Below are positions 8,314 through 18,132 of a stretch of DNA of 64,000 nucleotides, piece by piece. Numbering within the stretch: position 1 is the stretch's first letter; each line of letters starts with the position of its first letter. The stretch comes from a candidate division WOR-3 bacterium (GTDB lineage: Bacteria > Hydrothermota > Tepidihabitantia > Tepidihabitantales > Tepidihabitantaceae): positions 32,001 to 96,000 of the forward strand of contig CBFGKH010000005.1 of NCBI GenBank assembly GCA_965649295.1. Direction: 5' to 3'. The position numbers and the translations under genes are program-made. The notes below the pieces were generated by a model. The model made no database searches. It saw only the letters and a list, made by a program, of their open reading frames with translations, and was not told the origin of the DNA.

Positions 8314-10766
8314 AACGACTGCTGCTGATTGACGGGCATTCGGTACTCTATCGTAGTTTCTATGCGTTCATTCACCGTCCATTGCGCAACGCCGACGGAC
8401 TCAACACTTCGGCGGTCTTCGGTTTTGCAAGACTACTGCGGCGGTTGCTGGCGGACTGGCAGCCGCGTTATGCGGCGGTTGTTCTCGATGCTCCGGGGGA
8501 GACTTTTCGTCATCGTCAATTTGCCGAATACAAGGTAAACCGACTAGCAGTCCCAGATGAATTGCGGCAGCAGATTCCGTTTGTCAAGGAGATTGTTACT
8601 GCCTGGGGCCTGACCTACCTTGAGCAACCGGGCGTTGAGGCTGACGATGTTTTAGCTTCGGCTGCGCGGCAGGCGGTTGCGGCCGGCATTCCTTCAGTAG
8701 TAGTTGTCTCTAGCGATAAGGACCTTCTGCAGTTAGTCAACGACCGGGTCGTCGTCCATGATCCTTGGAAAGGTGTAACTTATGGAGCGGCCGAAGTTAA
8801 GGAGCGTCTTGGTGTTGCGCCGACACAGGTGCCAGACCTGCTGGCCCTGATGGGTGATGCGTCCGACAATATTCCTGGTGTGCCAGGAATCGGCCCCAAG
8901 CGAGCGGTCGAGATCATAAGGCAGTACGGCTCACTGGCTCAGGCGCTGGCCACAGAGCAGCGGGTTCGGGCCCATGCGGACGCTGCGAAACTTGGTCTGA
9001 AGCTGGCGACTGTCAATGACCAGGTTGAGCTAGCAGTTCGTCTTGATGACCTGCGGCTACGTCCGCCTGACCGTGAACGGCTGGCAGCCAGCTACCGACT
9101 GTTGGGTTTTAGTGAATTGCTCCGTGACCTGCAAGTGCAGCCGGAAACGCGAGTGACCGAGGTGAAGGAACGGCTACTCGAACCGAACGTTGTTGTCATG
9201 GAGCTCAACCAGGATGGTGGCATCTCGGTTCTTGATAGTAGTGGAGCGATTCAGTGTTTGGACCTGGCCGAGGCGACAACCGCTGAGTGGCTACACCAGG
9301 AGAATATCCAGAAAGTTGGTTTCGACTTGAAGCCTCAACTGAAACATCTGTGGCAGTCCGGTTTGGATGTGCGGGGGCCGTTGTTCGACGTGAAGGTCGC
9401 GGCGTGGCTTGTTGATCCCAACCGCGGTCAATACCAATTACGCCAGTTCAGTCCTGACAACCAGTCGCCGCAGGCAACTGAGGAACGGCTGCATCTGATG
9501 GCGCAGGCCTGGTGCGATCTGCGCAACCGAATTGTTGCTAGTCGACTTGAAGATGTGTGCAACAAGATTGAGATGCCACTGATTCCGGTGTTGGCAAGAA
9601 TGGAGCAACGTGGCATCAGAGTTGATACTGAGCTGCTGGCTAGGATCGAGGGGGACCTCGAGACAGAGGCAAAGGCGCTGCAGCAGAGTATCTACGAGCA
9701 GGCAGGCATTGAGTTCAATCTAAACTCGCCTAAACAACTTGGTGAAGTACTGTTCGGTCGACTCGGTTTGCCCAAGGGCCGAAAGACAAGTTCCGGTTTC
9801 TCAACCGACGCCGACGTTCTTGAACGACTGCGGCATCGGCACCCGGTCGTTGGCTTGCTACTGCGATACCGTGAGCTTGTCAAGCTGACGCGGACCTATA
9901 CGCGACCGCTGTGTAACGCGGTTGACCCGGCGACCGGCCGTGTGCATGCAACTTTCGAACAAACCGGCACTGCCACAGGGCGTCTTGCTGCCGCCAGACC
10001 CAATCTGCAGAACATCCCGGTGCGGACGCCAGCAGGCGCCAGGTTACGTCGGGCATTCGTAGCTGATCCAGGTAACCTGCTGATTTCGGCTGACTATTCC
10101 CAGATTGAGCTGCGAGTACTAGCTCATTTGTCCAGCGATGAGGCATTGATTGGTGCGTTTAGTCGTAATGAGGACATTCACATTTCTACTGCGGCAGCAG
10201 TATTGAACATTCCAACCGGAGCAGTGACCCAGGAACAGAGGCGTCTGGCCAAGGTCATCAACTATGGTTTGGTATATGGTATGGGTGAGAGATTGCTGGC
10301 TGCTGAGGCAGGCGTCAGCATTGAGGAGGCGCGAGCTTTCCTAACGGCACATCTTGCTCGATTTGCCGGAGTTGTTGAATGGCGAGAAAAGCTACTGGCT
10401 GAGGCAGCGCGGACCGGGGTAGTTCGCACTCTTTCGGGCCGGATGCGGCCAGTCCCGGGGATTACTGATCGTAATAGTAACGTGGCCGAAATGACTAAAC
10501 GAGCAGCCGTAAGCACAGCGGTGCAAGGCTCGGCAGCAGATATCGTCAAACTAGCGATGCTGCGAATTGAGGCGAAGCTGGGCGGGGCTGGCGTTCGACC
10601 GGGGATGATACTGCAGGTTCACGATGAGTTGCTTTTTGAGGTGTCGGCAGAACAGGCAGACTGGGTGGCAGAAGTTGCGCGGACCGAAATGGAAAGTGCC
10701 TGGTCGCTGACCGTGCCATTGCAAGTGGTAGTTCAGATTGGTAGTAACTGGGGAGAGATACACTGA
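8310..10766 (+). CDS. polA: DNA polymerase I
   Basis: 5'-exonuclease LLLIDG...EADD...GDASDNIPGVPGIGPK; polymerase motifs ADYSQIELR, AKVINYGLVYG, QVHDEL. Middle (proofreading) region is short and degenerate. Confidence 0.97.
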   Translation: MKRLLLIDGHSVLYRSFYAFIHRPLRNADGLNTSAVFGFARLLRRLLADWQPRYAAVVLDAPGETFRHRQFAEYKVNRLAVPDELRQQIPFVKEIVTAWGLTYLEQPGVEADDVLASAARQAVAAGIPSVVVVSSDKDLLQLVNDRVVVHDPWKGVTYGAAEVKERLGVAPTQVPDLLALMGDASDNIPGVPGIGPKRAVEIIRQYGSLAQALATEQRVRAHADAAKLGLKLATVNDQVELAVRLDDLRLRPPDRERLAASYRLLGFSELLRDLQVQPETRVTEVKERLLEPNVVVMELNQDGGISVLDSSGAIQCLDLAEATTAEWLHQENIQKVGFDLKPQLKHLWQSGLDVRGPLFDVKVAAWLVDPNRGQYQLRQFSPDNQSPQATEERLHLMAQAWCDLRNRIVASRLEDVCNKIEMPLIPVLARMEQRGIRVDTELLARIEGDLETEAKALQQSIYEQAGIEFNLNSPKQLGEVLFGRLGLPKGRKTSSGFSTDADVLERLRHRHPVVGLLLRYRELVKLTRTYTRPLCNAVDPATGRVHATFEQTGTATGRLAAARPNLQNIPVRTPAGARLRRAFVADPGNLLISADYSQIELRVLAHLSSDEALIGAFSRNEDIHISTAAAVLNIPTGAVTQEQRRLAKVINYGLVYGMGERLLAAEAGVSIEEARAFLTAHLARFAGVVEWREKLLAEAARTGVVRTLSGRMRPVPGITDRNSNVAEMTKRAAVSTAVQGSAADIVKLAMLRIEAKLGGAGVRPGMILQVHDELLFEVSAEQADWVAEVARTEMESAWSLTVPLQVVVQIGSNWGEIH

Positions 10767-10767
10767 G

Positions 10768-11886
10768 ATGTCTGAGCCGATTAGGGTTCTGGTTTCGGTG
10801 GGGACGCGGCCTGAGGCAATCAAGCTGGCTCCGGTGATTAGGACATTGCGTGGACAGCGTCGCTTCCGCGTCAGCGTGCTGGCAACTGCCCAGCATCGCG
10901 AGATGCTTGATGATGTGCTCGATGTCTTCCAGATCCGACCGGACTATGACCTTGATATTATGCGACATCGTCAATCGCTAACCGATGTGACGATTCGAGC
11001 GATGAGCGGCTTGGGTCGGATTATTGATGATCTACAGCCGCGCCTGTTGGTTGTGCAGGGTGACACGACCACTGCCTTTGCCTGTGCGCTGGTTGCATTC
11101 TATCGGCAGGTGAGGGTGGCACACGTCGAGGCCGGCTTGCGGACTTTCGACAAGTTCGCTCCTTTCCCGGAGGAAATGAACCGGCGATTGATCAGTGCGC
11201 TCGCAGATTTCCATTTTGCGCCAACGCCCCAGGCTCGGACCAACCTGCTAGCTGAGGGTGTCAACCGGCGGCGGATTTGGCTCACTGGTAACACGGTTGT
11301 TGATGCATTGCGTTACATCAGCCGACAGAGACAGTGCCGGCTGCCATCAGCACTAAGGGGCATTCGTGCCGATGCGAGAATCGTGCTTGTGACTGCGCAC
11401 CGGCGCGAGAATTTCGGTCCCGGGCTAGATGGAATCTGTCAGGCCCTGCTGGAACTGGCACGGACTCGGCAAGACATAACGATAGTCTATCCGGTTCATC
11501 CTAATCCCAATGTGCAGCAGCCGGTGCGAAGGTTGCTAGCTAGGCAGCCGCGGATACTCTTGTTGCCGCCGCAGAGCTATCCGAGTTTCGTCGCCTTGCT
11601 CAGACGTTCGTGGTTGATTCTAACTGATTCGGGCGGGATCCAAGAGGAGGCAACTGTGCTCGGTAAGCCGGTGCTCGTCCTGCGCGACAAGACCGAGCGA
11701 CCAGAGGCAGTTGCTGCTGGCGTCGCGCGGGTGGTTGGCACTAGACCACAAGCAGTAGTTGCGGCGGCTACCCGGTTGCTTGCAACCGGAAAGGCAGACA
11801 AGGTGAGATTACTTCACAAGAGTCCATTTGGCGATGGACGTGCTGCCGAACGTATCGCAGCCATACTGCTTCGCGAGCTGCGCTAG
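10768..11886 (+). CDS. wecB: UDP-N-acetylglucosamine 2-epimerase (non-hydrolysing)
   Basis: GTRPEAIKLAP, QGDTTT, HVEAGLR, PFPEEMNR, TDSGGIQEEA. ATG at 10768 directly after the polA stop. Confidence 0.95.
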   Translation: MSEPIRVLVSVGTRPEAIKLAPVIRTLRGQRRFRVSVLATAQHREMLDDVLDVFQIRPDYDLDIMRHRQSLTDVTIRAMSGLGRIIDDLQPRLLVVQGDTTTAFACALVAFYRQVRVAHVEAGLRTFDKFAPFPEEMNRRLISALADFHFAPTPQARTNLLAEGVNRRRIWLTGNTVVDALRYISRQRQCRLPSALRGIRADARIVLVTAHRRENFGPGLDGICQALLELARTRQDITIVYPVHPNPNVQQPVRRLLARQPRILLLPPQSYPSFVALLRRSWLILTDSGGIQEEATVLGKPVLVLRDKTERPEAVAAGVARVVGTRPQAVVAAATRLLATGKADKVRLLHKSPFGDGRAAERIAAILLRELR

Positions 11887-12156
11887 GGCGGTCATCGAGC
11901 AAGAAAAGAACAACTGGTTCGATGCCTCAGCGAGCGCGGCCAGGCAGGCCGGATAGAAGTTGGGGCAATGGCTGTGGTTTCGGCGAGTTGCGAGGTTGGC
12001 TTGAGAATTGGTCCAGTCACTTTCGCCGATGCTTACCTGGTGGCGCGAACTGGAGTATCGTCCGTTGTCGATTCTAATACTTGCCTGTAAGCATTTGCTC
12101 TAACAGGATTTGAATGTCATTGGGCTACTCTGACCGAAGGGCCGCATCAGGCGCTG

Positions 12157-12228
12157 GCGGGGATGAGAGCAGCGGCTCACCCACTGGTTGTACCACTGAC
12201 CATTCCGGGGACAGTCCCGGGGGTGGGC
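12157..12228 (+). repeat. Degenerate 12-bp periodic tandem units (copy A)
   Basis: GCGGGGATGAGA GCAGCGGCTCAC CCACTGGTTGTA CCACTGACCATT CCGGGGACAGTC CCGGGGGTGGGC. Confidence 0.55.
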
Positions 12229-12247
12229 GTCAGAAAATTAGCTGGTT

Positions 12248-12280
12248 GTCTAACTTGCTGATGCTATGTTGGTTGCGTCG
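12248..12280 (+). repeat. Dispersed 33-bp arm-N6-arm site (copy A), recombinase-site-like
   Basis: GTCTAACTTGCTG ATGCTA TGTTGGTTGCG TCG; 23/27 identical to 39878-39910 outside the central 6 bp. Confidence 0.7.
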
Positions 12281-12449
12281 TGCAAGATTGGGGGATTGTT
12301 GTATACTATGTGGTACACAGAAGGATTGTCGCCATGGTCGCTCGGCTGCTAGCGCATGGGGCGGTTTGTGAGAGATACGACATTGGGGTTGAGCGACTAG
12401 TGTGGGGAGAAGGTTTTCGATTCTGAAGTGAGGTTGGGTTAGCTGTTGC

Positions 12450-12477
12450 TTGACTTGGGCGGAAGTGGTAATAAGCT
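12450..12477 (+). promoter_or_regulatory. Promoter for greA-tsaC
   Basis: TTGACT-N16-TAAGCT, 10 nt before ATG 12488, no SD. Confidence 0.55.
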
Positions 12478-12487
12478 GATAGCAAGC

Positions 12488-14404
12488 ATGGACGAGCTCG
12501 TCCGCAGTTTCCATACACATCTGAATCGGCGCGAGTATGACCAGATGGAGAGCGTCTGGCTCGAGCTGATTGATTCTGGTTTACCACTGGAACGGTTGCT
12601 CGACCTAGTCGAGGCAGCTCGGCGGCATGGGCCGGAAGGCAGAGCCCCGGTCTTGTTGTCGGTGTTGGCAGCCTCTCTCGGTGAGAGGGGTAATTGTGTA
12701 GACCAGTTACGAGTACTGCGGCGTCAAGCTGAGCTGATGCCAGATAGTGCGCCGCTGGCGAGTGAGATTGCGCGCTGCCTGCAGCGGTTGCACAAGGACA
12801 TACCTGATCTCGAGCAGTTGCTGCACAAGGCAGGGATTGGTTACGGTCAGTCGCTGAAGACGGCGTTGCCTAAGCTCGATCAGTATCTTTCGTTCTTACC
12901 GGGCAAGCCGGTGCTGGATCCGGATCGTGGACCTGGCCGCGTGAAGAGACTCGATCTGCTGCTGGACCGTGTTACGGTTGATTTTGATATGGGCGCTGAG
13001 TTGACATGGGTCATCGGGGCAGCGGCAAGGCGTCTGCGCGTCCCTGCCGTTGACGGCTATTTCGCTGGTCTGTTGCAGGATCGATCGAAACTGGTGCAGC
13101 TCGCTGCTGATGACCCCGGTCGGCTGGTTGCGTTGTACTTGCGTGACGTCGGGGTTGCTCAGAGTGTGCGGCAGATTCAGGATGGGTTGGCGCAGGTTGT
13201 GTCGCAATCGGCCTGGGACTCATTCTGGAACCGAGCACGGGGCGAGTTAGGCCGAAATCCCCACGTTGTTGTCCGAACTACACCAGTTCGGACCTATCAG
13301 TGGACTGACACTCCTCAGGCAGGAGCGGCTGAAGCTCGGGAACGAGCTAACAGGTTGGTCAGGCAGCGGGTGACAAGCGACGAGCTTGCGGCAATCGCTC
13401 CGGAAAAGGTAGTGAGCGAGTTCGGCAGGCTAAAGACATTCGCTGAACGAAAGCAGTTCATTGACACGTTGGTCGCGGCCCGACCCGATGATTGGCCAGA
13501 AATACTGGCCGCGTTGTTTCGGACAGGCGTTGATGGTCGAGTCCGTTCGTTGATCGAGAGGCAGTTGGCAAGTACCAAACCGGTTCTCTGGGAGCAACTG
13601 TTTGAGTCAGCATTGACGAGTTATCGACAAAATCCGGATGCGTTTGTCTGGTTGGTCGAGCATGAGCAGCGGGCAAAGGTGGCGACGGCGCGAGGACTGC
13701 TCTCGCGATTGCTCGATCTGTTAGAATCAGATCTGTACAAGTCGCACTGGACTAAGTTGCGCAACGCGCTGGTTGCCGGCAACTATCGGCTGCTGACCGA
13801 AGCTTTGGCTGAGATGAGTGAGGTTGATGCTAGCCGACTGGTGGCGAGGCTACGGCGAATTAGGTTACTGGAGGGTTTTCGAGCCGACGAAATGGTAGCG
13901 ATTCTTGCGGAACATTTTCCCAGCCTGCGGCAGCAGGACGATGAGGATGTGGTGCAGACGACGGCGGCCGGTCTGGCGCGGGCCAAGCAGGAGCTGCGAC
14001 AGATGACCGAGGTTGAGATACCACAGGTCGCAGAGGAGATAGCCCGGGCTCGGGCACACGGCGACTTGAGCGAGAACTACGAGTATAAGGCAGCAAAGGA
14101 GAAGCAGGCGCGGTTGATGGGACGTGCGAAAACTCTGCGGGACGAGATAGCCCGGGCTCGGGTGGTGGAACCGGGAGAGGTTGATACGTCGGAAGTTGGA
14201 TTTGGCTGTCGAGTGCGGTTGACCGATGACGAGGGTAAGGAATCGGTTTATACGATACTTGGGCCGTGGGATACCAATCCGGATGCCGGCGTGATTTCGG
14301 CTGGATCGCCGCTCGCCTTACTGCTGATTGGTCGCAAGGTCGGCGAGACCCTCGAGACTGGTGGTCGCCGATTGACGATTGCGGCGATTGAGCCGGCCTT
14401 ATAG
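12488..14404 (+). CDS. greA: Long-form transcription elongation factor GreA with large N-terminal extension
   Basis: C-terminal ARAHGDLSENYEYKAAKEKQ, VGFGCRV, YTILGPWD, ISAGSPLA; about 480 aa upstream of the Gre domain. Confidence 0.88.
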   Translation: MDELVRSFHTHLNRREYDQMESVWLELIDSGLPLERLLDLVEAARRHGPEGRAPVLLSVLAASLGERGNCVDQLRVLRRQAELMPDSAPLASEIARCLQRLHKDIPDLEQLLHKAGIGYGQSLKTALPKLDQYLSFLPGKPVLDPDRGPGRVKRLDLLLDRVTVDFDMGAELTWVIGAAARRLRVPAVDGYFAGLLQDRSKLVQLAADDPGRLVALYLRDVGVAQSVRQIQDGLAQVVSQSAWDSFWNRARGELGRNPHVVVRTTPVRTYQWTDTPQAGAAEARERANRLVRQRVTSDELAAIAPEKVVSEFGRLKTFAERKQFIDTLVAARPDDWPEILAALFRTGVDGRVRSLIERQLASTKPVLWEQLFESALTSYRQNPDAFVWLVEHEQRAKVATARGLLSRLLDLLESDLYKSHWTKLRNALVAGNYRLLTEALAEMSEVDASRLVARLRRIRLLEGFRADEMVAILAEHFPSLRQQDDEDVVQTTAAGLARAKQELRQMTEVEIPQVAEEIARARAHGDLSENYEYKAAKEKQARLMGRAKTLRDEIARARVVEPGEVDTSEVGFGCRVRLTDDEGKESVYTILGPWDTNPDAGVISAGSPLALLLIGRKVGETLETGGRRLTIAAIEPAL

Positions 14405-14407
14405 CAG

Positions 14408-15037
14408 TTGCCAGTCTTCCTGCGACCCGACAGTGCCGGCATCAACCAGGCCGCTGCTGTGCTGCGGGACGGTGGTGTTGTCGTATTCCCCACAGAAACA
14501 GTCTATGGCATTGGTGTTGACCTGTTCAATGTTGCTGCAGTGCGACGGCTCTTTGAAATCAAAAGTCGTCCCTTGGGCATGCCGCTGCTGGCGCATTGCG
14601 CTAATGAGGCGCAGATGCGTCAACTCGCAGCTTCGGTCGGAGTGGCAGCGGAACGGCTGATAGCTCGTTACTGGCCAGGTCCGCTAGCATTGGTGTTTTT
14701 GGCAGACGCGGCTGTGCCGTCAGTTGTCACCGCTGGTACCAGGACGATCGGTATTAGGATGGTTGCGCATCCAGCTGCCAGGGCGATGATCAGCAGTCTT
14801 GGTAACGCAGTGGCTGGTACGAGTGCCAATTTTCATGGGCAACCGGCGACGAGTCAATTCGCGGCACTTGACTCGCAGTTGCTGGACAGGGTGGACGCAG
14901 TGATTGATGCTGGCGTGTGCGGTGATGACGTACCGTCAACTGTTGTTGACGTCACTGCCGAATTGCCGCGTGTCATTCGTCGGGGCGCTGTCAGTTGCGA
15001 CGAACTTGCGGAAATTGTCAAATTGCGGTTAGGCTGA
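14408..15037 (+). CDS. tsaC: L-threonylcarbamoyladenylate synthase (TsaC/Sua5 YrdC domain)
   Basis: VVVFPTETVYGI, IKSRP, WPGPL, GTSANFHG, PSTVVD. Confidence 0.93.
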   Translation: MPVFLRPDSAGINQAAAVLRDGGVVVFPTETVYGIGVDLFNVAAVRRLFEIKSRPLGMPLLAHCANEAQMRQLAASVGVAAERLIARYWPGPLALVFLADAAVPSVVTAGTRTIGIRMVAHPAARAMISSLGNAVAGTSANFHGQPATSQFAALDSQLLDRVDAVIDAGVCGDDVPSTVVDVTAELPRVIRRGAVSCDELAEIVKLRLG

Positions 15038-15052
15038 CTGGTTTTCTGCTAG

Positions 15053-16633
15053 TTACTGGTATCGATACTCCAGACGCAGGGAAAAGTTAATCCCGTCCCG
15101 CCTACTGCCTGGCAATCCCTGGTAATTGCGGCTGGTCCAGATGGTCATGTCACCAACAAGCCGCAGGCTGTATCCGAGGAGAATCTCAACCGACGGCAGT
15201 AGGCGTAAGGCCTGTTCGACCTGCCAGTCGGCGCCGAGTGTATCGCCAGTCACGCTGATACCACGAGCTGGGAACTCAGTTGGTAAAGATTCACCGAAGA
15301 AGAAGCTGCGGCGCAAAAAATCGCCGCGGTTATAGAATCCGCGACGTGTATAATCACCCCCCAACGTCAGCCGTAACCAGGAGAACACGGTGAGACGCAG
15401 CGAGCCATAGAGCTGGTCAGCATCGGGGCCAAGGGGGTGTCCAAGCGGTACCTGCCAGTTCTCATAGGCGAGATTGTGTTTGCGATGGTAGTAGGTGAAA
15501 GGGGTGACGCGAGTGTACTCGAGGCGTGTCTCAACTGGGACCAGTGGCACCCAGTAGGCACCGAGCTGTAGTCCGTAGGCGTTGGGCGCATCGCGGCGGG
15601 TATTGAACTCGAAGTTGTCGAGAAAGAGCTGGACGTAGGTCTTGGTCTGCGGAAGGTAAACGGTGACATCCCAACCGATGAGGAAATTCTCGCCATGGCC
15701 AAGGGTGGCAGTGGTCAGGTAGATGGGGATGAGTGGATTGATGAGGCCGGCCAGTTCGTAGGGGTGGAGCGAGTCCCAGGACGCGATTGCCATCATCGCA
15801 CCGCCGAATGTCACCCGATCGGCAACTGATAGCTCCAGTCGCTGGGCCGAAAGAAAACGCGGTAGGGTCTGCCAGCGCGAGAGGAAAGCCGAGAAACTAT
15901 AGAACCGAAAGTTCGGGAAGACTGCTGCCAATTGGAGATTGTTTAGAGACGGTGCGTCGTCATCGAGCATCAGCGAACCAGTATAGCCTGGTCCCCAGTA
16001 GAACTCGTCGCGGCCGAAGGCTACGCGTAGCCATGGCGTCTTGAATGCCAAGTAAGCCTCTTCAGTTGCAAGGGTAACCAGCCCGCGCCAGGGAGTGAGT
16101 CGGGTACCAGGCAAATGCACGCCGGCCGAGTCGTTGACGACCGTTGAATCAGGCCGAAAGAGCGTCAGCTCAGAGCGGTTATAGAAGGCGAACCGATCAG
16201 CGGGCTGGTTGTCGAGCACGCTGCCGAGCGAAATTGATTGGTGTTGTCGCGAAGCGAAACCCCGGGAGAAGATGTCGAATCGCGCCGCCTCGTTAGGGCC
16301 TGCCGGTACCGGTAGCACTAAGATTGGGCGACGACTCCAACCGGATGACGGATGGGGCAGCTCGTCGCCAAACTCGGCAAGTAGTCGTTCAAGGGCCGAC
16401 TGCACGGCAAGGTTCGGGTGCCGGTGGCGAGCGATCGATTCGGCTTCGGTCAGCAGACGAACAGCCTCAGCCTTGGTCCAGGGCCTACTGCTAGGCGGTA
16501 GCGAGTGGAAGAGACCGGCGGTCCGCAGTAGATCGAAGTCATCGTAGAGGCGCGAGTCAGTCGGTATGTGGATAAGACTTCCGGCCAAGCTTACGGTAAA
16601 AGCCGCAAGGAGCGCGGGACACAAGCGGGTCAC
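15053..16633 (-). CDS. Capsule assembly Wzi-family outer-membrane beta-barrel
   Basis: Signal peptide; SRPWT helical N-domain; FGRDEFYWGPGYTGSLML; PLGHPLGPDAD; C-terminal LEYRY beta-signal. Confidence 0.75.
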   Translation of the reverse strand: MTRLCPALLAAFTVSLAGSLIHIPTDSRLYDDFDLLRTAGLFHSLPPSSRPWTKAEAVRLLTEAESIARHRHPNLAVQSALERLLAEFGDELPHPSSGWSRRPILVLPVPAGPNEAARFDIFSRGFASRQHQSISLGSVLDNQPADRFAFYNRSELTLFRPDSTVVNDSAGVHLPGTRLTPWRGLVTLATEEAYLAFKTPWLRVAFGRDEFYWGPGYTGSLMLDDDAPSLNNLQLAAVFPNFRFYSFSAFLSRWQTLPRFLSAQRLELSVADRVTFGGAMMAIASWDSLHPYELAGLINPLIPIYLTTATLGHGENFLIGWDVTVYLPQTKTYVQLFLDNFEFNTRRDAPNAYGLQLGAYWVPLVPVETRLEYTRVTPFTYYHRKHNLAYENWQVPLGHPLGPDADQLYGSLRLTVFSWLRLTLGGDYTRRGFYNRGDFLRRSFFFGESLPTEFPARGISVTGDTLGADWQVEQALRLLPSVEILLGYSLRLVGDMTIWTSRNYQGLPGSRRDGINFSLRLEYRYQ

Positions 16634-16635
16634 TG

Positions 16636-17289
16636 TTAGCGGATAACTCCCAGCCAGTCGCGCAGCAGGAACTGGAACCGGCCGATGAGCAATGACATTC
16701 TGGCCATTACCGTGTAGCCAAACGAAGCGCCGAACCCAACCATCAAGAAAACGATGCCGGTTTCCGACGCGATGCGCAAGGCGCCTTTGTGTTCTTTAGA
16801 GAAGAAAAAATAGACCACCGAACAGATTACGCCGATGAACGAAATGATAGCCCAGAGCAGTACATCCCAACGTTGAAAGATGCCTGGCGTGAGTAGTGAC
16901 CCCTGAATCTGTTTGAGGATACTAGCTTGGAAGATGGCTGGGATGGCAATGCCCGAGCCCCAGCCGAGAACAAAAGCCATCGGGAAACGCACGAACCACG
17001 AAACCCGGGGTATGAAGCGGCAGAAATAGCAGAGTCCGAGCAGCAGTGGCAACACCAAGAGGAGCTTCTGGCCTAGTGGCACAGCCGAGAGCGGTTTCAG
17101 AAAGAGCGGGTCGAACAAGTCAGGATAGACCGAGTTGTACCAGGTCAGGGCAATGGTGTAACCGACCGACACGCCCACGAACAGGTGCTCGCAGAACTTG
17201 TAGAATGGATTGTCGCGCCAGAGGAATGAGAAGATGCCGAGTGTAAGGATTGCGGCAATCCAGGTCAGGAAACTGTGCGAAAGTTGCAT
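16636..17289 (-). CDS. Conserved hypothetical polytopic membrane protein (DUF6754-associated cluster)
   Basis: About 6 hydrophobic segments; DNPFYKFCEHLFVGVSVG and FLMVGFGASFGYTVMARMSLLIGR; adjacent to neighbours without gaps. Confidence 0.8.
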   Translation of the reverse strand: MQLSHSFLTWIAAILTLGIFSFLWRDNPFYKFCEHLFVGVSVGYTIALTWYNSVYPDLFDPLFLKPLSAVPLGQKLLLVLPLLLGLCYFCRFIPRVSWFVRFPMAFVLGWGSGIAIPAIFQASILKQIQGSLLTPGIFQRWDVLLWAIISFIGVICSVVYFFFSKEHKGALRIASETGIVFLMVGFGASFGYTVMARMSLLIGRFQFLLRDWLGVIR

Positions 17290-18132
17290 CTAGCTCCTCC
17301 GTGTTCGGGTGGCAAAATAGGCGATATTGCCAATGAGAACAAGCAGCAGGATAACGACGTGAGCTAGGCTCTGGGAGTCCATCGCTGCGACTGCTGGCAT
17401 TGAGGCATGGCTGTAACCGGCTCTTGATACGAGAATCTCGTATTCAGCGCCGCCCTTCATTCCGGCAAGCAGGCCAGTGAGTTGGCCGGTTTGGAGAAAC
17501 GGGTAGGCATCGGCAGCCGACACCGCAGTGACGCCTGCCCCGACCTTCATTCCGTAGCGAGTCTGTGCATAGAGTAACCAGTCGGTGTAGCCAGGTGTGC
17601 CAGCTGAGATAGAGACTGCTATTGGGATGTCGCGTAGCCGCAGGACTTCGTTCATCAGCGGCAGCGAGTCGAGGGGATGGCCGTAGAAGTCAACCGGGAA
17701 TACGCTCTTGATGTTTTCACCCATGCCAAGGATAACAGCATCAACTCCGGCTTTCCAGCCGAGATAAACGATGTCTTTACCGTAGGTCTTGTTGAATTCA
17801 GGCGGAATGGTCTGCGTTGCTCGATCAGCCAGACCAGAACCGGGTAGCCATAATCCGGTCACCAGCACTTTTAGGTCTTTGGCGAATGCGTGACGCATGA
17901 TTGCCGTGAGCATTGGATAGAGTTCGGGCATCGAGCTTGGGTCGAAGTCCACCGATAGCAGAACCGTTTTGCCCGCCGGCAGAGCATCAATCGCTTCGAA
18001 GAGGGCGCGGGCGCGTGGGCCAGAAGAGACGCCGAGCCCAAGTGGCCGAAAGAGCGGAAACATAACGAGCGCCGCCATCAGCAGATAGATAATTCGGCGA
18101 TCAATGCGCAGCAATGCGTTGAGAAACTTCAT
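17290..18132 (-). CDS. Conserved hypothetical membrane-anchored alpha/beta-domain protein
   Basis: N- and C-terminal TM helices flank a soluble domain; [31 protein letters not shown]. Confidence 0.8.
   Translation of the reverse strand: MKFLNALLRIDRRIIYLLMAALVMFPLFRPLGLGVSSGPRARALFEAIDALPAGKTVLLSVDFDPSSMPELYPMLTAIMRHAFAKDLKVLVTGLWLPGSGLADRATQTIPPEFNKTYGKDIVYLGWKAGVDAVILGMGENIKSVFPVDFYGHPLDSLPLMNEVLRLRDIPIAVSISAGTPGYTDWLLYAQTRYGMKVGAGVTAVSAADAYPFLQTGQLTGLLAGMKGGAEYEILVSRAGYSHASMPAVAAMDSQSLAHVVILLLVLIGNIAYFATRTRRS

Noticed and set aside
12114..12587. Short ORFs in the wecB-greA gap (85, 96 and 93 aa)
   Set aside because: No SD and no recognisable motifs; they are mutually overlapping and run across the repeat/site element.
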